A DNA stretch of 63,971 nt, counting the filler, from Octopus bimaculoides (taxonomy: Eukaryota), in the NCBI RefSeq assembly GCF_001194135.2. It is 6 parts of 5 records of this genome, joined end to end, with 100 filler letters (N's around TTAATTAATTAA, not from the genome) between each part and the next. Parts side by side here need not be neighbours in the genome. Positions count along the whole stretch, not along the records: positions 25,104 to 39,652 come from NC_068982.1; 5 more parts are not named here. One strand, written 5' to 3'. The translations under genes and the position numbers were made by a program. How positions within the stretch are numbered: position 1 is the stretch's first letter; every line of letters starts with the position of its first letter. Shown here piece by piece: positions 25,927-37,165 of this stretch. The notes under the pieces were generated by a model. It was given only the letters and a program-made list of their open reading frames with translations. It was not told the DNA's origin and did not search any database.

Positions 25927-26945
25927 TTGGCACAATATACACTTTTTTTATTGACCATAGCTTTTTGATTTCTCTCCTCAGAGCTTTATATCGTATCAAC
26001 TTTTCACCTTCTTTCACTATAATTCTGCTCTCATCGTGGCAAGTGATGTCTATTATCAGGCATAACTTATCTTCTTTGTCTACCAGTTCAATATCGGGTC
26101 TCTGATGTTCGATTCTATGATCACATTTTATCATGAAATCCAAAAGGATCTCTCATTTTCTGCCACAAACTTTGTCTCATGTTCGTACCATTTTCTCACT
26201 CTTTCCAGTTCAAACTTGTTACATACTTCACAGTGCACCATTCTGGTGACACTGTCATGACTTTTCTTGTACTCCCTCTGGGACAATTTCCAGCATTCGC
26301 TTAAAATATATCACATCATGTTTCCAGATTCACCACACATTCTGTGTTTGCCAAATTCTGTTGATTGGTAAATTTTTGCTCGAAGCAGCTTGTTCGTATT
26401 GTGCATTTATTTGCTGCCCCTACCAAGGCATCTGTTTCGGTTTCCAGGTTGTTTTATAACTACAAGCATCTTTTATCTGGGTCTGTGCCCCTCGGTATCT
26501 GTGAAAAACTGACCTTACATCTTCTTATCGTTCCATTTGTTTTCTCCCTTCATTTCTGTCTTGTCCTGACTTCTTTGTCCTAGCTTCTTTCCATACGTAC
26601 CAAACCTGTCTTCCTTACTTGTGCAAGTTGTTCATCCTTTGCCTTCTTCATAGACTAAGCAATATTGTTCTCCTCTGTCTGAATTTCAGCCCAAATTCCA
26701 TTCTAATGTCCGCGCTGAAGCAACGCACGATTTGAATCAGCGGATTCAGCTGATCTTCATCTTTCCCATAAAGTTTCAGGTCGTCTCTAAAAAGGCGATA
26801 ATTGGTTTTAAATTGTCTTTCCTTGCACCCATACCCAGCTTTCATGTTTCTGAAAGTGAAAATCAGCGGCATCGCAAACAATTCAAAGTGCATTGGCTTC
26901 AAGCAATCTCCTTGGAAGATTACAGGTTTGATGTTGACAAAGCTT

Positions 26946-26972
26946 AAGTAGTAGTAGTAGTAGTAGTAGTAA

Positions 26973-27026
<54 letters not shown>

Positions 27027-27051
27027 CAGTAGTAGTAGTAGTAGTAGTAGT
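26946..27051. repeat. (TAG)n microsatellite, about 35 units
   Basis: Read directly; source of the poly-Leu ORF 26883..27065. Confidence 0.95.
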
Positions 27052-27061
27052 ATTTTATTTG

Positions 27062-27108
27062 TCACTTTTTATAGAAAATATCAGTAGGTGCTGGAATGTC
27101 ATTCAAAT
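27062..27108 (-). CDS. Candidate terminal exon (DLNDIPAPTDIFYKK*)
   Basis: Acceptor catgtttactttttcag, open in phase 1 to TGA, AATAAA just downstream. No recognised homology. Confidence 0.2.
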
Positions 27109-27713
27109 CTGAAAAAGTAAACATGTGAGAAACAAGTTGACATTAGCGAAAGGAAGATTATTATAAAAGATCAAAAAGTAAATATATCTGCCAATTACTC
27201 AAAGATTTTACTTCATTACATTTCAAAATGTCTTAAAATATATTCGCTATTTTTTTCTCTTTAGCATTCATCTTAGCATTCTTTACACCACAGTAAAAGC
27301 TTTGGAAGACATAAACACTACATTATTCAGTCAGAAGTACATTTGTCTACATCCAGATATCAAGTGCTTTGATAAATGAGACAATCGCCCGTCTTTGATT
27401 AGACACAGGTTATAAGATTTAGAAAAGAAGAGGGTGAGAAGTTATATTTGTTGTCATTTTGAAATGTGTGTTACTGACTTATGTAAAGTAAAATAGATTC
27501 GAGCAGGAATAGATGCAGAGTCACGTTCTTGGTTTGCCAGTAGCTCAGTTTTTGCAACTCTTCACACGCCATGAATTTCTTTCTTACTAATAGGGGCATA
27601 TATTTGCAATAAAGAAAGATAAGTTTCCTTAACCTTATGCTTTTCAGAAGATTGACTGAATGCATAAAACTCATTATATTTAACAGCGAATATATGAAAG
27701 TCCGTCAACATAC

Positions 27714-27758
27714 CTTGCCATGAGCTTAGGTTTTGAACCGTGCTGTTTGTCTCATTTG
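27714..27758 (-). CDS. Candidate 45-nt phase 1-1 exon (xNETNSTVQNLSSWQ)
   Basis: Acceptor gttcctggttttatag, donor CAAG|GTATGT, open frame with three N-x-S/T sequons. No recognised homology. Confidence 0.3.
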
Positions 27759-28032
27759 CTATAAAACCAGGAACTTTATAAAACTATTACAGATGTTGTG
27801 GAATCAAGTGGGAGAATCGTCAATATATATATATATATATATATATATANNNNNNNNNNTGTATGTATGTATGTATGTATGTATGTATGTATGTATGTAT
27901 ATATATATATGTGTGTGTAAACATATATATATGTATATATATGTGTATATGTGTATATACATATATATATGTAAATACGTACACACACACTCACATGCAC
28001 ACACACACACACACACGCACACACACACACAC

Positions 28033-28070
<38 letters not shown>

Positions 28071-28352
28071 TCAAACACACACTTATAAATAGATAGACAA
28101 GTATAGATGGTTTGAAGTGGTGTTTAGATTTTATATATTAAAGAAAAGGAAGTAGCAAAAATTTTCGATAATTTAGCGCTTTCATTTCATTTCAGATATT
28201 CATCAAAAAATGATATTTTTACACAAAATTTATGACTTTTTATACATATGTGATTTGAAAATGTCTGGAGTTGAATTGGAAAGAGAAAGTTCTGTGTTAT
28301 GAATTTATATGTGTTTTCTTTTCATTCTCTCTCCATTTTCTCTCTCTTATCC

Positions 28353-28438
28353 CCTTCTGTCGAAGAGCGTAGGCTCGAAGCATAAAACACTTTTCTATTT
28401 TTCCCGAGCGTTAAACTAATACACCTGCTTCTTGTTCC
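28353..28438 (+). ncRNA. Degenerate hammerhead motif (family 2, copy 1) in a short Penelope-like repeat
   Basis: CCTT-CTGTCGA-A-GAGC-GTAG-GCTC-GAAG-CATA-AAAC, then the cccgagcgt.aaactaatacacctgctt block shared with 30.4 and 40.8 kb. Confidence 0.5.
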
Positions 28439-29404
28439 TAAATATATATATATGTGTCAACTTGCTAAAATGCCCGACGAGTGAGAGATTTGAATCACTA
28501 ATTTTTTCTTGCTTTTCAATTTTTTAACAGCTTCCTACATCGGACACCAAGCACACTCATTTTAAAAATAAAAATCCCACTCTGTTGTACAATTCGATGC
28601 ATGCAATTTATCATTATCTAAGATCATAATTAATCATTTTAGAAATATTATTCTCGAATTAATTTTTTATTATAGTTATTTTCTATTTTGTTAGTAAAAC
28701 AAAATGTTCCTTCTTTGTTTTCGATGATTTAAATAGAAGTGAAATTAGAGAGGTAACGATTATTTGAAAAATATCTTAATTAATGGCATTTCATAATTGT
28801 GAGTTTCATCAGATTACAAATCGCTCAATCAATGTGTAATTTTTGCCTCATGGTGCATTGTTTTTAATATTCATATATTTGCATTTGATCTCTGTTACGA
28901 CTTTGGCGCTCGTATGTGGCTAACTTTGAAGCGTCAACATCAGCAACAACCAGATCTCTGTGAATGTATCAGCTACTGGTACCAGAGGCTATTAAGGCTG
29001 AAGTTTATAGTATAATTCTAACATCTAAATGGTACCCAGAAATTTCACAAGACCTATGCGCCGCATTCATCAATTTCTATCCAACTGAATTTTAGCCACT
29101 AAATTGCTATTCCTGTCTTTGCCTCTATTTCCTTCAAATTGTAATTTTATTTTATTAGGTACAAATATCTTTCGCCTGCATAGTCAATTGTATCGAATTC
29201 AGTATAGTATATGACCATAGGATATAGGTACAAGCTCACAATATAAGCATTTCTAATACCAGTTGGTATTATCGACTATAATATGTTTGGTACTTATTTT
29301 ATCGACATCGCAAATATGAAAAGCATAATCCTCCTTGGCGGTACTCGAACTCGTACAAATATGAGATACAATGAATGACAGATTCCCTTGTAAATGAGAT
29401 ACAA

Positions 29405-29552
29405 TGAATGCTAGATTCCTTTGTTCGAAAAAGTAAGGACACAGATCGTGTCTTCTAGCCAGCTGGAGACGATGTTTCCTGGGGCTAAATTGCAGCAACA
29501 TTCGTCCTAAACCAGAACTGCCATATTATGTTGGCAAATAATCTTTAATCCA
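29405..29552. repeat. Single arm of the family 3 (25.5 kb) repeat, without the ribozyme
   Basis: gctagattcc..aaggacacagatcgtgtc..gccagctggag..ggctaaatt.cagcaacattcgtc..gccat.ttatgttggcaaa matches 25785-25925. Confidence 0.8.
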
Positions 29553-30399
29553 ATGAATGACAATTTCTACAAAATTTACAAGTTTGAAATATTTTGTACA
29601 TCAGATTCAAATGAAATGATTTTTGATAAATGAAAATTTGAAAATATTTACAAAAAACATCATGACAGTTATAAAATGAAAGAAAATTATTCATATCGTC
29701 GTAATCGGAGATTTGCACTTTCTTTCGTTTTTCCACATTTTCTTCTAGTTGTTTTGTAAATTGTGTTTCCTACAAATTCCAAAATGCCAAATCTGCTAAT
29801 GTCAATAAATCTAGCAAATATCTGAAATCCCATAGCACATTTTATAGTAATTAATTCATGTCTTTTACTCCTATATTTTAAATATTCTAAGCTGGAAATC
29901 AAGGCATGTTTCATTTTTGTACGTAATATCGTGCATAGCAAAATTCATATTAGAGATAATAAATTTAATACCACTAGGGAACAAAGTCACGAAGCTTTGA
30001 TATATTTCATACAGGCTGTCGTTTGTGTTTATGTGCGAACAGAATAGTTCATCACTGGCGTTTCTAATTAATAATATGGCCTTATATGGTCTGTCGATTA
30101 CACATTACATACACACACACTTATACACTTCATATAGATGCATTGTAACTCTATTCTTCACTTGTTATATATGTATGTACGTATGTATGTATTTATATAT
30201 GTATGTATGTATGTATGTATTTATATATGTATGTATGTATGTATTATGTGTGTACGTATATCCTCATCTCACTGCGCAGCAACTTGAACAAAAATCTTCT
30301 ACGGTAGCACAGGGATTGCAAATAATTTATTCGAGGAATCTGGCAGAAGAAACTGAACAGAAATCCGCCATGTACAAATATCTATGGGTGTGTATGTGT

Positions 30400-30529
30400 G
30401 TTACATTTACAGAAAGATAAAAGATGAAGACACGTGTATAAACAACAAGCAGGTGCATTAGTTTGACGCTCGGGAAGGTGAAAAAGTCTTTTACATTTCG
30501 AGCTTACGCTCTTCAACAGAAAGGAACAC
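30400..30529 (-). ncRNA. Hammerhead motif (family 2, copy 2; core 30488-30523) in a Penelope-like repeat abutting a gap
   Basis: Reverse complement CTTT-CTGTTGA-A-GAGC-GTAA-GCTC-GAAA-TGTA-AAAG: stem I CUUU/AAAG, GUA triplet, A6 replaced by U. Confidence 0.6.
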
Positions 30530-31818
30530 NNNNNNNNNNNNNNNNNNNNNNNNNNNNNNNNNNNNNNNNNNNNNNNNNNNNNNNNNNNNNNNNNNNNNNN
30601 NNNNNNNNNNNNNNNNNNNNNNNNNNNNNNNNNNNNNNNNNNNNNNNNNNNNNNNNNNNNNNNNNNNNNNNNNNNNNNNNNNNNNNNNNNNNNNNNNNNN
30701 NNNNNNNNNNNNNNNNNNNNNNNNNNNNNNNNNNNNNNNNNNNNNNNNNNNNNNNNNNNNNNNNNNNNNNNNNNNNNNNNNNNNNNNNNNNNNNNNNNNN
30801 NNNNNNNNNNNNNNNNNNNNNNNNNNNNNNNNNNNNNNNNNNNNNNNNNNNNNNNNNNNNNNNNNNNNNNNNNNNNNNNNNNNNNNNNNNNNNNNNNNNN
30901 NNNNNNNNNNNNNNNNNNNNNNNNNNNNNNNNNNNNNNNNNNNNNNNNNNNNNNNNNNNNNNNNNNNNNNNNNNNNNNNNNNNNNNNNNNNNNNNNNNNN
31001 NNNNNNNNNNNNNNNNNNNNNNNNNNNNNNNNNNNNNNNNNNNNNNNNNNNNNNNNNNNNNNNNNNNNNNNNNNNNNNNNNNNNNNCATACATGTACATG
31101 TATGCTTACATTTATGTACGCATGTAAATATTCATATGCGTGTGTTCGTATATACGGGGAATACAGGGAGCAGTTATTATTTAATCACATTGAATTGAAA
31201 GTAAAACTAATTCTAGTTTTCTAGTTTGCTTTTTTTATTATTTTTTCTCGATATTTCTTCGTATTTGCAGTTGGACTGTCATAATAAATTATCCTCGGAG
31301 TTTCTAGACTGCTCAGCATAATTTTAAGGATTGAATTCTGACGAAGTATTAACAACTTAATTTATAGAAGGCAAATGCAATCTAAGTAGAATTAAACACT
31401 AGACTGGGAATAATGCAAGGTTTGGAAGTTTGTACATATAAAGCATATCACAATTTGGTGATCAGTCGACGCAAATCACTCTCTTCTAGTGGAAGAGAAA
31501 CAGTTACGCATACCAATAACACCTTACATATTGAAGATGATAGATTTAGGAACTATTTATACCTGGCAAACCATATCGATAGTTTTGATGAACAGAATTC
31601 TAAGTAAAGTTATGCTAAAAGTGTCACGCAGTCATTTGATAGATATGCTACGATAAAGCCAGATTGAAATATATACGGAGGTGCATGCACACGACTGTAA
31701 ATAAATTCTTGAAGGTGGCCACCATTATGGCCGCAATCTAATGATTGAAACTAGAAGAGAATATACAAACACACACAAGCACACACACGTGTATGTTAAG
31801 AGTAAAAGTAATTATATA

Positions 31819-31857
<39 letters not shown>

Positions 31858-32759
31858 CTGTGTGTGTGTATCTGTGTGTGCGTGTGTATCGCTGTGCGTG
31901 TGCGTGTGTTCGTGTCCGTGCGTGTCTGATATGTGTATGTGTGTGCGCGTGTTCAACTTCGTGCTTGGATATAATTACTTTTACTCTTAACTTTCGGTCA
32001 TTTTTTTTCCCTTTTTATTTCAGATTTATTGTTAATAGATCTAAAATTTACATCTCTTTTCTAGTTTTAATATGTAAAGATTGATATGTTAAAGCATAAC
32101 GTGATAATTTACATATCGCACAATACACCGAAGCTATTTAGATATTTACTGGTATGATAGTACAGTAGAAAACTAGTGTAGCGTAATGTGCAGACGCAAA
32201 TAACTTGAATAAAATCGCAGTCTGCAAAATCACAAAGATTTTGTTCCTCAAGTTTTTTTTCTCTCTCACAATATTTCTAATATGAATTGACTGCTATTTT
32301 AAAGTGTTATTTCTGTTGCTGGATAATTCTAAAATAATTTGCTCTTTGTTGAAGACGGTTAGAACAAGTGGTTCATGTATTTTTTTTTATATTTATGTTC
32401 ACTATATAATTCATCTCTCGATTCCACTTCGGTAATATACAGACATACATTCGTTGATACGTACGTACATACGTACGTACATACATGCATACATACATAC
32501 ATACATGCATACATACATACATACATACATACATACATGCATACATACATACATACGGNNNNNNNNNNNNNNNNNNNNNNNNNNNNNNNNNNNNNNNNNN
32601 NNNNNNNNNNNNNNNNNNNNNNNNNNNNNNNNNNNNNNNNNNNNNNNNNNNNNNNNNNNNNNNNNNNNNNNNNNNNNNNNNNNNNNNNNNNNNNNNNNNN
32701 NNNNNNNNNNNNNNNNNNNNNNNNNNNNNNNNNNNNNNNNNNNNNNNNNNNNNNNNNNN

Positions 32760-33929
32760 AAAAAAAACAGATATATAATAACAGATAATAACTTTATTTA
32801 TCAAAAAATGCTATGAGGATAAAAATAAACCTTCGTTTCTATAATGTTATTCAATAAAGTCACCTTCAGCTTCAACAACTGTTTCTATATGAGATCTAAA
32901 TCATTTACATGCTCAAATCAAGAGGTCCTGGTTCATTTTGGACATTACTCTGACTACGGCAGCTTTCAAAGAATCTTTGGTGTTATGGACGTGTTCATTG
33001 ACCTCTCTCTCAACAACGACCCACATGTAATAGTCCAATGGATTGAGATCTGGGGAATTAGGAGTCCAAATGTTAGGGGTTATGTGATCAGGAAAATTTT
33101 CAGCCATCCACTCCTGTGATACTAGAGCCATGTGTGATAGTGCAGAGTCATACTGAAGCATATATGGCCTTCCATTACATGCACTGTCTATCCAAGGCTT
33201 AACAATGGTTTCCTGGGCCTCAATATAGGCGACAAAGTTAACTCTAAGGTCTTGTAGAAAGAGGTAAGGAGGCATCACATGTCCTTCATTGCTGACAACC
33301 CCTAAAACCATGACAGTTGCAGGAAATTTTGTATGCATAACACTTGGGACTTCAGAAGGATCTGCACATAACCATTTGTCATTTCTTCTGTTAACTTTCT
33401 GTTCTTGGTCGAATTTTTTCTCGTTTGAGAAAAACTAAATCAAATCTTCTTATGCTGGATTTTTTCAGTTTGTTTAAGAACCTTTTAGATCTGATGTAGT
33501 GATTTTCTTTTGCTTTTTCTGACAAATTGACTTTTCGTCATCATATAAGACTTATATAGGATGTTTCGTGGACAACATTTCTGACTGTTCCTTCTGACAC
33601 ATGGAGATCTTTTGCAATTGACCCCATGGACTTTCTCGGATTGTAATCAATAGACTGTTGCACTTGCTGGGTAAATTCAAATGTCATGATGGTTTCAGTG
33701 CGTTTACAATGCTTTTTATGCTTTGATACTTATGATACGGTTCCATCTTCAGTCTCTAGCTCCTTACAAACTTTGTAGATGAAAGGTCTGGCAACTTTTA
33801 AAATTCGAGATATTTCTAAATCGCTATGCTCAGCCTTTATAACCACAATAACAGCATGCCTGTTCATTTCTTGAGTAAGCTGAGGGTCTGCCATTATTAT
33901 TTTCGGAAACAAAGATTATACAGAGTTAC
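32760..33929 (-). mobile_element. DD37D (maT/Bmmar1-like) transposase pseudogene, ends lost in gaps
   Basis: ORF 32913..33338 KFPATVMVLGVVSNEG...YDS..H...WTPNSPDLNPLDY has exactly 37 residues between the last two catalytic Asp. First-Asp motif reads FSNEK. N-terminal ORF at 33730..33912. Confidence 0.9.
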
Positions 33930-34063
33930 NNNNNNNNNNNNNNNNNNNNNNNNNNNNNNNNNNNNNNNNNNNNNNNNNNNNNNNNNNNNNNNNNNNNNNN
34001 NNNNNNNNNNNNNNNNNNNNNNNNNNNNNNNNNNNNNNNNNNNNNNNNNNNNNNNNNNNNNNN

Positions 34064-34101
<38 letters not shown>

Positions 34102-34829
34102 CCAACAGGTGCGAGCCAGAGATTCTCAATATAGAAAACACATTGTAATAGTGAAAGTATTTGAACTTACACCTAAGTTTTTATTGAGGACTAAGTCCGT
34201 TGGGGTAAAGAATAGCTATAAGAGGAATCCATGTGAGATGGTGTGGAGATAGTGATGCAAAACACACATAAAATATATATACATATACACCCGTAAATGA
34301 ATATAGGGATATGTATAGAGAGAAAGCGAAGCAAAAACTGAAAATATTCTGAAGGCGAACATTCCTATATAAGCCTAACGATATTTAGATATTTAGAGAA
34401 TAGATTTATGTGGAGTACAAAAAGTGGGGAACTCTTATGGGAGTGGAGTGGCATGGTATTTCACTCTTTGATATTTTGCACACACTATCTGCCGACATTA
34501 CAACTATTACGTAATTCCGAGCCCCCAGAAACTGCTATCGGACCTGAAATACCTCTCCTTATTTTCTGTATTATTTGTACGCCATGTAAATTTGTTTTCT
34601 AAATATATAAATATCTTTTGACTTCTACACCAATGTTCATCCGAAGAGTATTTTCAGTTTCTGACTCTTTCTCTCTCTCTGTATATATATTTATATGTGT
34701 AAACGCATGTATGTATATTTTATACATCATGCCCAAGCCCAATCATATTTATTCGCATTGAAATCTCTCTTTCTCATTTCCTTTCTCATTCTATTTCTCT
34801 CTCTCTTTCTTTCTCTCTTTCTTTCTATG

Positions 34830-34886
<57 letters not shown>

Positions 34887-34892
34887 ATCTAT

Positions 34893-35076
34893 CTCCGTCA
34901 GCGTGCCGCTGATGACCCATCCNNNNNNNNNNGACCCATCCTTCATGTTGCAGATAATCACTGATGACGAGAGACAGGACTACGGGTGCGACTCTGATAC
35001 GAAGCAGCAGTCGTCACAATGGAAGAGCCCTTCATCTCTACGACCGAAGAAGGCACGACTGAGCCGCATCTCAAAC
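34893..35076 (+). mobile_element. Mariner transposase internal fragment
   Basis: LRQRAADDPSFMLQIITDDERQDYGCDSDTKQQSSQWKSPSSLRPKKARLSRISN resembles the DP.F...IITGDE.W.Y.YD.ETKQQSSQWK..PRPKKAR region. Confidence 0.85.
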
Positions 35077-35492
35077 TAGAGCGATGAAAGGGAGGTTCCT
35101 GCTTCCAGAGGCCCCATTACTCATTATGTGAAACGCTTTAAGTGTCTAAAACCATCTCTGGAACATATGTAATGTAAGTTCCCAGTTTAGAGAAAATCAG
35201 TTGCGAACTTTGGAAGTTATGCGGGTTTATAAACAAATCTCCCCACACTCACACATATATACATTTATATATATATATACACACACACACACCCACACCC
35301 ACACATATATATGTTTGTATACCCATGTATCTACATAGAGCAGGAAAAATGCAGAATACTAAGATTATGCATAATTTCTTAACTTGCCAGCTGTTTTAGG
35401 ATGCTCGGAGTAATAATCGTGATGTTCATAATTTTCCATTTTTATAATACATATCAGTGTCCTAATATATGTGTATGTGCGTGCGTGTTTGT

Positions 35493-35560
<68 letters not shown>

Positions 35561-35784
35561 GTGTTTCCAGTCCTTAATTGGTGGAATGGACTCAGAGAAC
35601 AGTTTAGTCTAGGTTTTATCGTCATACCAGAATGAAGCCATTTCTTTGAATGCCAAGAAGCTCTTTCATAGTTAAATCAAAATTGACTTGTGTTAAACTT
35701 CTAAACGAGAAATATGAAGTAACAGTACCGTACAGTACCGTACAGTACCGTACAGTAAAGTCTATTTGTCAACACAATGCGGCA

Positions 35785-35980
35785 GTCTTACGCAGGACGA
35801 TGTTACAACTTTTTAGCCCCACGAAAGCATCTTTTCCAGCTGGCTACCGACACATGGTCTGTGTCCATATACTGGGAGCAAGGGAGTTTATTGCTCCATT
35901 TCTAGCCTTAGCGATACCTGTAGACCAATGGTTTCTGGGTTATTTCCTTTCCTCGGTACAGGACAGGCTAGAGATGGCAG
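35785..35980 (-). ncRNA. Diverged family 3 repeat with hammerhead motif (core 35917-35962)
   Basis: Arm homologous to 25590-25760. Reverse complement CCTGTA-CCGAGGA-AAGG-AAATAA-CCCA-GAAA-CCATTG-GTC-TACAGG: perfect 6-bp stem I, near-palindromic stem III, GUC triplet, U4 replaced by C. Confidence 0.6.
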
Positions 35981-37134
35981 CCATTTGACCTTGTTCACAG
36001 TATATACTTTTTAAATTGTCTGCTTAAAATTATTTGCTTCAAATGTAAAATAACTTCTGTATATTGATAACACTGATGAAAATATGTTAAACATATTTAA
36101 TATCTTGTTTTTCGATTTTCAAACATTATTAAATCAATATTAGATCTTTATTTTCTGATCTATATTTGAATGGTATTTCATGTATCTTCATTAAAATTGC
36201 TTCTAGTTTCAAAGAAACATAGGAATGGTACGAAATAATTTTTAAATAGCTTTTCTTCGTTCTTGTTTGCAAGAGACTTGTTGTGAATTCATGTGTTGAA
36301 ACAAATCTTGTGTCTTTGGAGACAGGATCAAAGCAGATGGTAAAGAGAGCATCCTTGTCATTGACGAGACTGTGAATAACGATGAAAGGACTTTGATAAC
36401 CAAACAAACGGTTTATTGTTTAACCAGCACATTAAACAAACGATTGACACGTTAGTTGGTTACGTATATATCTGATTGGCTAACAATAAATAATATTGAA
36501 CCAGTGCCTGTGTTCATTATTATTGATGCCATGGCCCTCCCAAGACACAGTAATATATATATATATATATTACATGCTCCAATAATAGAAACGGTCCACT
36601 TGATTATGAGGATGAATGAGCTCAGAGAACATAGTTTAGTCTAGGTTTATCAGCGTCTACCTTACTATATATATGTGTGTACACACTGACACACATATAC
36701 ACACACATACACACACACATTTCACATTCAATTAGATTGAAGGTACACTACAGAGGGTTCCGTTTATCTCCAGCGTTTCAAATATATTATATGTATGCAC
36801 TTCACTGCTAATGATGAGCAGGACTTTTGCACTGTTTCATGTGGAGGTAAATGGAGGGCTGTATTTCATGATAAATTGAATCACGAGGAAACAGTTGAGC
36901 TTCATTGACACAATATGAAATGTCGACCTTGTGTTCGACCCGTTGCTGTTTACTCCATTATCTATAAACCCTTTATAAAGTCCTTCGTTCACAATTATTG
37001 CAAAAATCAATAACTTTACAACTCATCAGTTTTTTGTCTCATATATATATATTAGACACACACACACATATATATCACAACCCATTTATGATATATACAC
37101 ACATATATGTATCACAACTGATTTATTATACATA

Positions 37135-37165
<31 letters not shown>

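Larger units (their letters stand above)
25266..26945 (-). mobile_element. Decayed, 5'-truncated R4/Dong-like LINE (RT, CCHC knuckle, PD-(D/E)xK endonuclease)
   Basis: IFQGDCLKP..LF and LFRDDLKLYGK..MEFGLK (RT); RMCGESG..ILSEC..SQREYKKSHD (CCHC); RPDIELVDK..LIIDI and IVPVVCALDTV..IQKTPLLDIARSLCKVLET* (RLE). Flanked by (CTA)n and (AAT)n on the element strand. Confidence 0.9.

Noticed and set aside
36070-36105. CTGATGA followed by a 7-bp hairpin (a similar CTGATGA palindrome occurs at 14358)
   Set aside because: No GAAA, NUH site or stem I, so not a hammerhead.
36129-36407. 92-aa minus-strand ORF with a plausible acceptor, plus an ILVIDE string on the plus strand
   Set aside because: No convincing donor and no recognisable domain; a six-residue Walker-B-like match is expected by chance.
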